NCBI RefSeq assembly: GCF_006345805.1
Contig: NC_043004.1
Location: 22,692,001-22,756,000, forward strand
DNA length: 64,000 nt
From: Octopus sinensis
Taxonomy: Eukaryota
Direction of reading: 5' to 3'
Positions 28,293 to 41,630 of the stretch are shown piece after piece. A program made the position numbers and the translations under genes. Position 1 is the stretch's first letter. Each line of letters starts with the position of its first letter. The notes beneath the pieces are model-generated. The model did no database searches, had not been told where the DNA came from, and was given only the letters and a program-made list of their open reading frames with translations.

Positions 28293-28500
28293 TCAACGGC
28301 AGTGAACAGTAAGATCCATGGTAGAATCCGAGAAGTATGAAATCTCAATAGTAATCCGGGTGGATAGGTGATAAATCAATTGAGGAGAGGTAGCAAAGTT
28401 CCAAGAAGACGGAAGGAAAGGATATGTGTGACCAAGACCAAGAGAGGAGTTTCGTCAATCAAGCACGATCAAGCTACAGTGAACACATGAGCATATATTA

Positions 28501-28950
28501 TATATGATTCAAAATAAAAAGACGTAGGAGTGGCTGTGTGTTAAGTAGCTTGCTCACCAACCACATGGTTTCGGGTTCAGTCCCACTGCGTAGCACCTTG
28601 GGCAAGTATCTTCTACTTTAGCCTCGGGCCGACAAAAGCCTTGTGAGTGGATTTGGTAGACGGAAACAGAAAGAAGCCTGTATATGTATGTATGTGTGTG
28701 CGCGTATATGTATGTGTGTGTGTGTATATTTTTGTGTGTCTGTGCTTGTTCACACCCCAACATCGCTTGACAGCCGATGCTCGTGTGTGTACGTCCCAGT
28801 ATCCTAGCGGTTCGGCAAAAGAACTGATAGAATAAGTACTAGGCTTACAAAAAATAATAAGTCCTGGGGTCGATTTGCTCGAGTAAAGGCTGTGCTCCAG
28901 CATGGCCACAGTCAAATGACTGAAACAAGTGAAAGAGTAAAGAGTAAGAG
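28501..28950 (+). mobile_element. SINE family B, full-length copy with internal (TG/TA) microsatellite
   Basis: tRNA-like head (GGAGTGGCTGTGTGTTAAG...GGTTTCGGGTTCAGTCCC), body, internal microsatellite, 3' half and AAGAGT-type tail. Collinear with 62141-62515. Confidence 0.92.
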
Positions 28951-29701
28951 TATAAGATGAAGGAACAACAAAGTGTATTAGTTTGACGGTAACACGTCTT
29001 GCTTATTGCTCTCTCACCAGCTTCTATCTATCGCTTTTTGCTTTCTACGTTTTCTTCAGTTTTCAACTAAATATATATATACATAATTGTATGTGTGTAT
29101 GTGTTTGTATGTGTACGTGTCTGTGTGAGTGTTCGTTTGTATGTGCGTGCGTGTAAAATAGAGCATATGATTGCCGTCGAGTAGTGGGACACGATTCCAT
29201 TCTATGGTGTAGCTATTTCAGAGACATAAAATATTCTTGGAATAGTTATAAACGATGACAACCTTCTCTTCCATTGATTTCGACAAGATTTACGATTAAA
29301 TTGGAACATGAGATAACATGTTCCACTTGGAAATAATTTCATGACGACACGTGGAGTTCTAGTCGATAATTTCTATAATATTATGATGTTGGTCAACTAA
29401 TAAGCATAGAGACTAGTAAATTGATACGGTACATTCCTTCCTTCTATGTAAAGGCTTCTTTCAATACGAAGAATAGTGAATTTAGTACTAAGAATATTTC
29501 TTTTTCTTTTTTTCTTATATTGGATCCTCCGAGGTTGTGTGCTTAGAATACCGATAATGGCACATGTGTTTCTTTTTCCTTTTTTTGTTTTTACTAGTAC
29601 TTTAATTACTTGAACAGAGTTTAAATACACACTCACACATACATATACATACACGTATATGTACACACACTTATATATATATATGTGTGTGTAGTGTGTG
29701 T

Positions 29702-29741
<40 letters not shown>

Positions 29742-30339
29742 GTGTGTGTGTTTAGCCGAAAGGCGTTTGTCCATTGTGTATGTATAATTATTTTCTGTTG
29801 CACTTGCATTATTATTTCAGAACTTTACGTTCGTACGATATTTGAAAGACTATTTCTGTTATTTATTTATTTGTATTCCTAAACGTACCATTATTTTCCT
29901 TCTGTTCTATAGCCGAAAGACGTGTGTCTGTTGTACGAGTATAATTCTAGCTTTCTTATAATTCTAGCTTCAGTGCTTGCTTTCGCTCTTGTATACATTC
30001 GTTTGCTTTTCACAGAGACTTAATGTTTTTAGCTACAGTCCCTGGCACTTGCCGGGTTCGAGCAGTCTCAGTAATAGAAAAGTCCGAAACTGCAACGATA
30101 TTCCGGACACTGACTGAAGAAGTAAATCGGCTGCGAATGATCCGCGTATCTTGTTTTTGTCCTGTTTACTGTTTGTTATTTTATCGTCTATTTTTCCGCA
30201 TGTTATGTTTTGTTGGATTCGGCTTGTATTCTTTCTGTCCTACCCTTAATTTATCACTGCGGTGGACCGTAGAAACTGGTGTTTACTTTATTAAAGGCAT
30301 GTGTGTGCGTGATATGTGTGTATGTTTGCGTGTGTGTAT

Positions 30340-30430
30340 GTATGATAAGATTTTTGCTTGCCAGCCGCATGATTCTAGGTTCAATTTCACTCCGTGTCAC
30401 GTTTGGCAAGTGTCTTCTACTATCGCCCGG
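30340..30430 (+). mobile_element. SINE family B head fragment
   Basis: GATAAGATTTTTGCTTGCCAGCCGCATGATTCTAGGTTCAATTTCACT...TTGGCAAGTGTCTTCTACTAT. Confidence 0.7.
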
Positions 30431-31359
30431 GTGGTGGTGGTGGGGGGATAGTTTTCTCAAAAATATTTTGTTGAGCATTTTTTCCTTTTTAAAATATTTT
30501 CATGCCTGTCGATTTCACTTGACTTTATTCATTAATACTTATAAAAACTTCAAACTCCCTTACAACTTTCGTCTTCGTAATGTTTCGTCTTCCATTAATT
30601 TATTAATAATTCGTAGTCGTAATGTTTTTACTTTCAATTAGTGATAGACTGCTTTCACGTAGAAAATGCCAGCTTCTTAATCTTGTTTCCTGAGTGGGTA
30701 ACAAGCACCAAAATTTAACCCTCTGTAGTATTTTGCCAAAAATCTTTTTCTGGAATAAATGAATAGCAAAACTGTATTCATCGCGAAAAATTACACCAAT
30801 TTTCATCATTGTACGAAACTTGAGAATTTACACTTCAATTTAAAATTTCAAAATCTATGAGAGCAAAAAAAAACAACAAAATAAGCATTAGATTCGATAC
30901 ATGACTGAAACCAGTAAAATATACGAGAGAGTGAGAAATGGATGGATGGATGTCTGTGTGGTGGGTAGAGGGTAGATGTTGGTTTGGTGAAGTCCCTGTA
31001 ACATAGTAGAAGAACATGGTAGAATAAGTACCACGCATAGCAAAACGTAAGTTTGGTATCGACTTGTTCAACAAAAATACTGCAGACGAAGTAAAAGATA
31101 TCTATCTATCTAAATGTAAATATATGTGTGTGTGTGTGTGTGTGCGTGTGTGTGTGCGTGTGTGTGTGTTTGTGTATTCATTCTTTTATTCTTTTGTATA
31201 GTCCAACCATGCAGCTGCGGTCATGTACATATATACATATATTATCTACATATATATATAGTATATATATCTACATATATACATATATATATATTAATCT
31301 ATATATATATATATATATATATCTACACATATATAGTGTCTCTATATATATATATCTAC

Positions 31360-31410
<51 letters not shown>

Positions 31411-32398
31411 TACATATATTTTTATATATATATATACATATATAGTTATATCACAGCAATATATACATTTTATGAGATTAGAGATGCTATTCTATTTTCT
31501 TCATATCTATGAAATGGTATAATAATGGTAATACCTGAATAAAATCATATGATAATTTTTTATTATTAGTTCCTAAACATAGATAGCTGTTATGCAGACG
31601 AAGAGATCAAAGCACTTTAAATACATATCATATTTAGAAAGTCTTGGAATAGTTTCATACTCTCATAAAAAAATATGGTTTGAAATTTTATTAAACTCAT
31701 CTTCTAATAGATATTCAAATATATTCAAAGTTAGAAGTAATTGTCTGTCTTTTACTTACGGATTTATTTAGTTTTAAACTGTGAAATATTAGTTTTAAAC
31801 CTTTCATTCACATACATACATACATACATACATACATACATACATACATACGCACATACATTTAACGAAACATACGTATATACGTTATATTATATAATAT
31901 ATTATATCATGTGTCCTTATATAGTTAGTATTAACGTTCCGTGTTTCGTAGTACTCTATATATTGGTCCATACTCGCTCAATATAAGCTTTATTTTCAGC
32001 GGGAAGAAATCCGTGGTCCCTTTGCACAGGTAGCTTCATTCCTGGAGTACTCGCTGACTGATTTACCACGATCCTACTGGGATCACATTATAGTCAATTC
32101 TCAGAAAGAGAGGTAGGAGAGAAGCTCAAAATGCATTTAACTTACGGAACGGAAACGGTGAGAGAAAAAGTTGAACTCAATTCAGTATAATTTCAACTGA
32201 ACTACTTAATCTATGTATATAATGCAGGTATTAACACTGTTACAGGATATCTTTATAAATAACCATATACAGACGGACGTGTACTTCTATAATACACACA
32301 CACATACATACATATATATATATATAATATATATATATATATTATATATATAATATATATATATTATATATATATATATATACATATATTTATATATA

Positions 32399-32440
<42 letters not shown>

Positions 32441-32526
32441 TATATATTATATATATATATACATATATATGTATGCATGTATGTATGCATGTATGTATAT
32501 ATATATATATTATATTATATATATAT

Positions 32527-32746
32527 ATACAAAATGGGACAAGAACGCAAAACATCCAGACAGTTAGGTAATGCAAGAGAGGGACAACAAATCATCCACG
32601 TTTTTTCCGTCCTTGTTTTCGTATATATTCGCCGCTTTTTTCCAAGGAATCTAATGCTCTTTGTATCGTCTGTCTATGTGTTTTGTTGTCTCTTTCTTGT
32701 ATCACGTAACTGTCTGGACGTTTTGCACTCTTGTCCCATTTTGTAT
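32527..32746. mobile_element. 220-bp MITE-like hairpin element with 65-bp TIRs inside (TA)n
   Basis: 32527-32591 versus the reverse complement of 32682-32746: 57/65 identical (ATACAAAATGGGACAAGA...). Confidence 0.85.
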
Positions 32747-32798
32747 ACATATCTATCTATCTATCTATCTATCTAGATATATATATTATATATATATT

Positions 32799-32840
<42 letters not shown>

Positions 32841-32939
32841 GAGAGAGAGAGAGAGAGAGAGACGTACATACATATTGGTCACGTATATATATATATGTAT
32901 TAGGGTGTGTGTATACACGTATTTATATATATATATATA

Positions 32940-32973
<34 letters not shown>

Positions 32974-32979
<6 letters not shown>

Positions 32980-33261
32980 ATCACGTGACCGAGCAGACCA
33001 TCAGATGTTGCAACACATTGCTGGTCACAGTGCGTTCGCATTGTTTTAGCCTTCGAATGACGCCACCCCGCTGGCTAAGCGAGCAGGCCAACAGAAGAAA
33101 GAGAGAAAGAGTGGTGAAAGAGTACAGCATGGATCACCAAGCCCTGCCGGAGCCTCGTGGAGCTTTTTAGGTGTTTTCGCTCAATAAACACACACAACAC
33201 CCGATCTGGGAATCGAAACCGCGAGTCCGCTGCCCTAACCACTGGGCCATTGCACCTCCAC
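32974..33261 (-). mobile_element. SINE family C, near full length
   Basis: Minus strand TGTGGAGGTGCAATGGCCCAGTGGTTAGGGCAGCGGACTCGCGGTTTCGATTCCC (A and B boxes). Homologous to 36595-36972. Confidence 0.9.
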
Positions 33262-33274
33262 ATATGTATATATG

Positions 33275-33333
<59 letters not shown>

Positions 33334-34339
33334 CACACACTAACATATGTTTCATTTCTTTAAAAATATGTAAATATTTCAGTAGAATATTATAATTGAC
33401 TTTGACTTGATTATAGGCAATATGCTAAAACACGAAATGTCTTTATACATAGAATATTCCTTTCTGTTTTTAGCAACGTCTCTCAGAGAATTAAGTTTGC
33501 TTTTGTAAATTTGCATTTTGTTTTGCATTTATTTGTTTAGATTTTGTTTTAGTTTTGTTTTACACTCTTTTATTGGTAGGAATACTTTTTACATTTTAAT
33601 TTGAAAGTCAAAAACCTTTTTATTTCTTCACTCAATTTGCTGTTGGCAATAACATCGAGGACTAGCCGAAGAAAAAATGTTATTTCAAAAACGTTAATTT
33701 ATATGAGAACTATATATCCAACTTCATGTTATATTTTATTGAATTATATACTATATTCTGCTACGCAAGGAAACACTTATATGTGTCTCAGTTAATTTGA
33801 CTGCAAACAGTTTTGAGTTGATATAACTAAATGTTAACCTTCTGCATAAATTCTCCTCAAACAATGTCTTTGAAGAACAGGATTTCATTGTTCCTCTTAA
33901 AATTTAATCAGTCTTGTTTGGTTTAGCATTGTTCCCTTCAACGTTTATATCCAGCTCACAAGATATTCCATTTTTTGTACATGTGTTGGTGTGATTTTGA
34001 AGTGGAATGTACTGTACTCTTTAGGAAGTTTCCATAATATTTTCCCTTGTCTAAAATTTGAGATCTTTTCAGGGTAGATTTCAAAATCATAATCAATGAG
34101 AAATCTGTGGCGCCGGAGAGAAACGTGGCGAGAGACTTATAAATGAGAGAGAATATGAGTTGTTCTTTCATACCTCCGGGTTTTTCATACACATTTCTCC
34201 CTCGGAATATCCAAGTAAATAATTATATTATTCATCAAGTCACATAAGCAAATTCACAATAAATAGCGCTTAAAATTACAAAGAGGGCAGTCTATATTAG
34301 CAAGATCCTGATGTGTTCCTTTCTTTCTTTCTACTTATA

Positions 34340-35027
34340 GCCACGTCGAATCAAGCCCTTTTGATGACTGCCCTTTTTTTTCCAACAGCGAAACCGCATA
34401 TCTGAGCTCCGTCGCTTGTCAGAACTTTTAACAAATTATTTGCATGTTGTGAGCAATGGGACCGTTCAACACCATTTTGCTTTCACTTTGTTCGCTTTTC
34501 AGCAGATGGTGTAGAAATTTCGTTGAAAAAGCATTCATTTTTTTCTAAAATCATGTGGCATCATTTATAGATGTCTACTTCATTGATAACTTCACTGACA
34601 TTTAGTCATCGTTTCACACGTATCACAGCATACACTTTCGTGTATTTCAGATAGTTTTCCGTGGATGTCTTTCCCTATTTGCAACGCTAGCACCACACTT
34701 GATATTACATAGAATTCGCAATATATTCAATGGTGGCCTGAAGCAACAATATACAAGTTACCTTAATATTTCTTGATCTGAAGAAGAATTTCACATCCTC
34801 ATGCTCCCGTTCGAAGTTCATCATTATTGAACTTGTGACGGAGCGCCAAATGCATTCACCTTACATTCCCTCCAGCATATTTTGATTGATATTTAACGAG
34901 CTTTGTCAGGTGTGGCTATCATTAGGCTGTAACAATTCCATGCACAGTAGCGCAGTCACGAGAGGGCTGCGTCGGCTAGTAGGTACACTGCCTTAAAATT
35001 TTGCTTTCCTTTTGGACAGACATCATA
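34340..35027 (-). mobile_element. Decayed mariner relic (5' TIR and N-terminal half of the transposase)
   Basis: Minus strand begins TATGATGTCTGTCCAAAAGG (mariner-like TIR). Translation VYAVIRVKR*LNVSEVINEVDI...CHMILEKM...TKFLHHLL and NNLLKVLTSDGAQICGF (cf. FLKNIITGDETWVYGYD). Confidence 0.7.
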
Positions 35028-35627
35028 CAACTTTCTGATGTAAGAATAAATCTTTTCCTCATAACTTTATAATTTTCATGATCCTGAAAATGCTCTTACA
35101 GATTATAAAGTAGAACTACCTAAGGATTCTATATCAGCCTATAAATATAATATTAAATAGAGTTAATAGTTTGATAACAGTATTTTATCTATTACATATA
35201 AGCTGCACATTACTTAGCATCCCCCTCTTATCCAGTGTATCAATGCAATTTAGAAACATTTTAGTAATATATTTCCCTCATATAAACATTAAATGAATAA
35301 GTTCTCGTTCGATTGTTCACAGAGGTATTGACTATAGAAATCTAAATGTTTCTCAATACTTCTGCCCAGTTGTTTTCAGGGTTATGTTGTGCAATATCTG
35401 ATAAAATCATAAAACGTAAAGTAATATATTCCATTTTCACAGGTTATATATGATATCCAGAATAACGCAGACTCCCACTTCATATCTTCCTTTGTAGCAG
35501 ACAATAAACGTAGAAGTAACTTCAAAATTCTAAGGAAACTATTTCTTAGTATAAATAAACAGAGATTTTGAAACGACCACCATAAGCTATGCTGCATGTA
35601 TGCAGTCACTTTCTACACTCCTATTGA

Positions 35628-35726
<99 letters not shown>

Positions 35727-36594
35727 GATAGATATATAGATAGATAGTAATAGCTAGAAATACATACATATCTATATACATGTATTTTTTAGCTGTGTGT
35801 GTCTGTGTCTGTGTTTGTGTGTGTGTACGTGTAGCGTTGTGCTCTTCGGTTTCTAATTATGTGTAGTATCATAAGAAAGAACTGATTTCAAATAAAGATA
35901 CAAAGCTATTTGGTCGAAATCTAGATAAAGAAATCAATGTCACATTCTGAACTTGAGAAAAAAAGTAATGCATAATTTTACTAGTCTGTTGACAGATTGT
36001 ATTTGTAGAATGGAAGTTCGCTGGTTGATTTTGCTTCCATAAAACACTAGTTTATCCAAGTTGTCAAGTAACAATGGACTAAGAAAATCAATTATTATTA
36101 GTATAAATGGGGATTTATAATCTGTGAATAGGACATGAAGGTTTCAAAGCAGTTGTCGACTATTACCCTATTTCACTTTGATTTTCGAGGATATATTCAC
36201 ATCAGGAGAGCAGCGGACGTTATGAATATTTTTCTTGTGAAATTCAAACAATATCTAGCATGTTGTGTTTGCACTTCTAAGAAGTTTTAATGAGTATATA
36301 CCATCCAACGTTTGTGCTGATATTTGCGTATGTATTCAAGAGTTCTCTTTATTTATTCTCGTATAGTCTTTTGTGTGTACGTGTGATAGTATTGTATTAT
36401 CCTTTAGCAAGATCACGTTGCATAGTCGCAGTTAGAGGTAGTCTCTTGATAGCATGTTTGGGCAGCTGTTGATCACAAGTGTGATCTTTTACATAGAAAT
36501 GTGACATAAGCATACACACACGGCTGTACTTACACACGCGGCTGTAATACACACACACACATACACTCGCAAACACATACATACATACATGTAT

Positions 36595-36972
36595 CAGGGC
36601 ACTCCGTCGGTTACGACGACGAGAGTTCCAGTGAAATTAACGTGGAAGTGGCTCGTGAAATTAACGTGGAAGTGGCTGGGCACTCAACAGACAAGCGTTT
36701 CCTTAACGTAGGTCTCGGGAAGTTTCAGCATGACAAAGTGCGTGACAAGTCTGGCCCTTTGAAATACGGGTACAACAGAAAGAGGAAGAAAGAATTAGAG
36801 AAAGTCGTGGTGAAAGAGGACAGCAGGATTCACCACCACCCGCTGCCGGAGCATCGTGGAGCTTTAGATGTTATCGTTCAATGAGCACTCACAATGCCCA
36901 GTCTGGTAATCGAAACCGCGATCCTACGACCGCGAGTTCGCTGCCCTAACCACTGGACCATTGCGCCTCCAC
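36595..36972 (-). mobile_element. SINE family C variant with an internal 24-bp tandem duplication
   Basis: The head matches 33200-33261. GTGAAATTAACGTGGAAGTGGCT is repeated twice at about 36631-36678. Confidence 0.88.
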
Positions 36973-37892
36973 ATAGAGGTACATGGGCCTATGTATATAT
37001 TTCGCGCTTATTCCGTCATCTATCTTATAACACAGATCAATATTTTTTGTGTGTTGTTTCAGCGTACGTGAGAAGTTGGTAGTCATATACAAGTCTTTAC
37101 TATTATTAGTAACTTGCAGAGAGAAATTTCGAGTACATTTAAAGTTTAGCATTATATATTGTATTTTCTACAGGTAAATTTTTCCACAATCATTTAAAAA
37201 ACATAGAGTTTCTAATCGGTTTAATATCAGTCGTATATTGTTATTTTCCTTTATTTGTGGACGCGAATTTTGATATCATTGGATATATAATCGTGACTAC
37301 TCATGAACATTGTTTACATAATCAAAGAAATAAACACAAAATTACCTTCTTCAGAATGATGTTCGAACTTATAAATGAGAAAGGAAATTAAACAGAGAAG
37401 CGAATAATAATGCATTTATCAACAAAGTTCGTTGCGTGAATAACACTTAACTGATTTTCGCTGAGGAAATTAATTTAAAACGTTGAGGTGCCTCTGGTAA
37501 TGATGAAACCAATATATTTGGTACAATAGATCGCATAAGTTGGGTTCCTTGCAAGTGTTTGTCTTCTGCGTTCGAATACCACCGAGGTTAATTTCATTTT
37601 TAATCTTTCAGAAGGCGTGATTTAATAGAAGAAACATCAGCTTCAATATATGACTTTGTGCCTATGTTAGAAATAATATTTACTTCAATGAGGGCTGTGG
37701 ATTGGTAAATGTGTCTTGTCATATTTCATTACAACTCTTCGTTTCTGCGTTCAAATGAAACACAGATCGACATTCATCTTTCAGCGTTTCGGTATCGATA
37801 AAATAAAAATGCTAGTGAAATAGCATAAACAACAGTATCTTCCTCTAAATGTGTGGATTGCATTTATGGTTGAAATTAATATTAAATCAGAA

Positions 37893-38067
37893 GAGGCGAC
37901 GAGCATTTCGTCAGCCTTTTCGTTCTGAATTCATATGCATCTTGGATCGACGTAGCTTTGCATCCTTTCGGTGTCGATACAATAAGTACCAGTTGGACAC
38001 TGGTGTCGTGATAGTCGACCTACGTCCTCCTCCGAAATTGGTGGCCTCAGACCCAAGTTTGAAGCTG
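37893..38067 (+). mobile_element. SINE family A with a 14-bp target-site duplication
   Basis: ATATTAAATCAGAA at 37879-37892 and 38068-38081 flanks the SINE body. Confidence 0.85.
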
Positions 38068-38154
38068 ATATTAAATCAGAATTCTGCACAAATTGAATAA
38101 GAAATAATAGAATATGGTAAGTATAGTTTTAAATAAAGTCGAACAAAATGTTAT

Positions 38155-38540
38155 CAGGCATGTGATAAGAAACTTGCTTCCCAGCCGCACGGTCCCGCGT
38201 TCAGTCTTATACTAAAACCTTGTGTATTATACTAAAGTTTTGGGCTGGCCAAAGCCCTGTTAGTAGATTTGATTGACGGACACTGAAAGAAGCACGTCGT
38301 ATATATATATATATATACATATATATGTGTGTATGTATATATCTATGTGTGCATGTTTGTGTCTGTGTTTATACCCCCACCATCATTAGACAACAGGGGT
38401 TTTGACGTCCCCTTAACATAGTGGTACGATAAATTAAGTACTAGTCTTAACAGTAAGTTATGATGTGGATTTGCTAGACTAAAAGCCCTTCAGGGTAGAG
38501 CCTCAGCATGGCTGCAGTCAAATGACTAAGACAAGTTAAA
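38155..38540 (+). mobile_element. Degenerate full-length SINE family B
   Basis: Collinear with 28501-28950. Confidence 0.8.
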
Positions 38541-39258
38541 TATAAAATATATAAGAAATCATCTTACACTTCATATCCATTTGTCTCGAAAATATAGGCA
38601 AGATGTTGGCGGATTCTAACTGTCCATAGAAAACGATTGAACGTCACATACACTGTGTCGTTATCCTTGAGGATATATATGAGGCAAATGAAATCTTGAA
38701 CACCTTATGTAATGTGCCTATTTTCTGAGATGCTTTGCGATAACGTTTGTTGATCTATCCTATCACCTGCCAATATGATGATTTTATCCGCAGGAAATAA
38801 ATCGATATGGTGGTTGAAATATTGGATGAAATTAATCAATGAAAACTACTTGGACATGAATAACATTCAAATCTGTGACACACGAAAGACAAGCTGATAA
38901 TAATGAGGCAGTTCTTGTTTTTCTGCAAAGCAGTACAGATTGAGAGCAAAATCATGATCAAAGGAACGCTAACCGTGACTGCAATATTTTCTATTTAGAG
39001 TATTAGTCAACAACTACATTATCTAAAGCCTATTCTGGTTGAATAATATGATTCGACGGATATTTGGTTCTCTGTTTAGCAAAAGGCTCGGCCGGGTTCT
39101 GCCAGTTGACATGGCAGTCCGCTGTTCATCAATTTTAACAATATATTGAGCTGAATACACACAAGAAACGTACAGTCGGACATTGAATCCTGATACTCCC
39201 TTATTTGCTTTTCATTGCTTCGGTGTAGACAAAAACTCTCTTATAAGGTTTTAGACAC

Positions 39259-39295
<37 letters not shown>

Positions 39296-40099
39296 ATGAT
39301 TAAGATGTCTAGATGCAATTTAAAGCCGATTTAAATTCACCCTCACTCAAAGTGACTAAGTGTGCAGGGCTGCAACAGAAATAAGAGGCAAAGTCTATGT
39401 ACTGACAAGGGAGAGAACCCCGACAGCAATAAGGGCATCAGTGATGTACTTCATTGCTGGTGTTGAAAGAGAAAAGAGAAGCGTAGTATAATTTGAGATG
39501 GATTTTACTTCTATTTCTAGCTGGTTTAATGCTCAAAGGAAACTTCAATATTTGACAGGAGAAATGCACCAATAATATACGAAGGTAAAATTAATTAAAT
39601 GGACTTTGTTGTGCCACGAAAATGTTTTATGTCTAGACAAAGTTTGTCAATATCACTTAATGCATGATTGACAAAAATGTGTATGACAAAACAAATGTTG
39701 TCTAAATGTCTAAGCAAAATTTGCTGTAGTAATGATCGATGGGGTATATAAAAAGAAACAGCAAGTTCATATGTATGTATTATGTGTGCATGCATGTATG
39801 CACGTACGCATGAATGAATGTATGTTTGTATATGTGCACAGGTTGTTCGGGCTAAATTTTCACGTCTTCTTTCTTCAAGAACAGCTTGATGTATTGATAA
39901 ACATTCAACGCCATTGCAGAGCAGGAAGTCGTGTTAAGAAAAATTTAGCTGACATGGAAGACTGAAATGCTTCAGAATATTGGAAATCATTTACCTATGT
40001 CGGCAACCAAGGTTCAGACGCCATGGCTGCTGATCAATGGTCTGTGGGCAATGTAAATGCCGTAAGAGCTGTAAGATGTGTCATACAATTGAGACTATG

Positions 40100-40560
40100 A
40101 AGCCATGACCAACAAAAAAAGACGCAACAGGCGTCCTGACTGCATTTGAATGACGGAATTCTTCCCATCATCATTGGACAGAGACTTAAGTTTAATTCAG
40201 ACGGCTCTGTGAAGCCGCTGGAGGTCATTGTCAATCTGTGGCTGGAGATGGTTAATGCTGGAAGGCCAAATGTGTGGCGGCAGGATTCGGTCCTTGTCAT
40301 ACCTCCGAAAATAATAATAAGTAGTTGTCGGAGAATTCTACGATTTCATGGGCCCCAATTTCGGGTCTCTTAACTCCCTCCATTTTAATCCCAGTGTGGG
40401 GGAGCACTTGAGAAACTCGTTAATTATTTTGCCTGCAGCATCAAGTCAGAAGTAGTGGCCAAGATCAAGGAGGTCCCTTCCGAGGGACACAGTGACGAAA
40501 ACATGTTTCGTGTTCTGGAGCCGTCTTCACGCTGTGGTGGAAGTTGTGGTTGTTCATGGT
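40100..40560 (+). mobile_element. Tc1/mariner (maT/DD37D-like) transposase C-terminal relic
   Basis: LKFNSDGSVKPLEVIVNLWLEMVNAGRPNVWRQDSV (cf. RPYVWQQDSAPCH), a degenerate NSPD.NP...VWG motif and RDTVTKTCFVFWSRLHAVVE (cf. FRSRLEAVVEA). Confidence 0.75.
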
Positions 40561-40568
40561 TGTAACCC

Positions 40569-40926
40569 TTCACAATCCCCTGTACAGTAATGACTATCGT
40601 AGTGAGATTTCTAATGAGATATTTTCATATAATTAGGACTTCTTTATCTTATATATAATTTCATTAAGACAGACCAGACAAGAAAGTAATTTGCGAGTAA
40701 ATCTCTGATACTTTTGGTCGCTTTATTACTGTGTAGAAGAAACTCCTTTGTTGATGATTGGAGTGGAGGAAAATAAGGTTGGTCCTTGCAATTCATTTCT
40801 AATCTTTGATTGGAGATGACTCCAGTGTTGAGAATTTTAGGAGAGAGAAACGCGGGACCATCGTATATAAACATATATCATTAGAAATCTTACTACGATA
40901 GTCCTTTCTATACAGAGGATAGTGAA
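40569..40926. mobile_element. 358-bp MITE-like element with 63-bp TIRs
   Basis: 40569-40631 versus the reverse complement of 40864-40926: 54/63 identical. Confidence 0.8.
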
Positions 40927-41377
40927 CTGCTGCGAGGCTTTTGATTATAAGTGTACGGTTTCAGAGGAATACCTATAACAATAAGAACCTGTACATACTT
41001 AAGGAAGAGATTATTATGTGAAGTGATGTGTCAAACACTCAGTGTTTTACTTACCGCTTATGATAGGTTTATGAAAGTTCTATTCAATAATATATAGTCT
41101 TCAGAATTTCATAGGTGTTCACTAGGTTAACCTACATGTAACCATAACAACTACAGAGCGAGTGGACAGAATGCTTGACACTAACTATCATTATTCATGT
41201 CTTTGTTCGGAGGAAGAAAACTTTTACTATTAACTTCACTTTTTCCTCTATGGTTTATGTATAATGATAGCTTGATTTAATATGAATGGTTGTTAATCTG
41301 TCCAATAATCTGCTTCCACAGATTTATAAGATATATTCACCCCTTAAATATATATTTACAACGAAGAACATATACAT

Positions 41378-41443
<66 letters not shown>

Positions 41444-41599
41444 GTATGTATATATGTATACGTGTGTGTGAGTACATGTATACATATGTATAATATATAT
41501 GTATGCATGTATATATATATATGTGTGTGTGTGCATATATATATCTATATATATACATACATATATATGCATATGCATTTATATATATATATATAATAT

Positions 41600-41630
<31 letters not shown>

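Noticed and set aside
28293-28470. LINE 3' end feeding the (TACA)n array
   Set aside because: Similarity to CR1-type termini is too faint to support without a search.
30016-30451. ORF 30023-30451 behind a strong acceptor
   Set aside because: The second half runs through a TG repeat and a SINE head; the first half has no clear donor or homology.
35443-35515. Candidate exon VIYDIQNNADSHFISSFVADNKRR
   Set aside because: Good acceptor but weak donor, and no recognisable protein.
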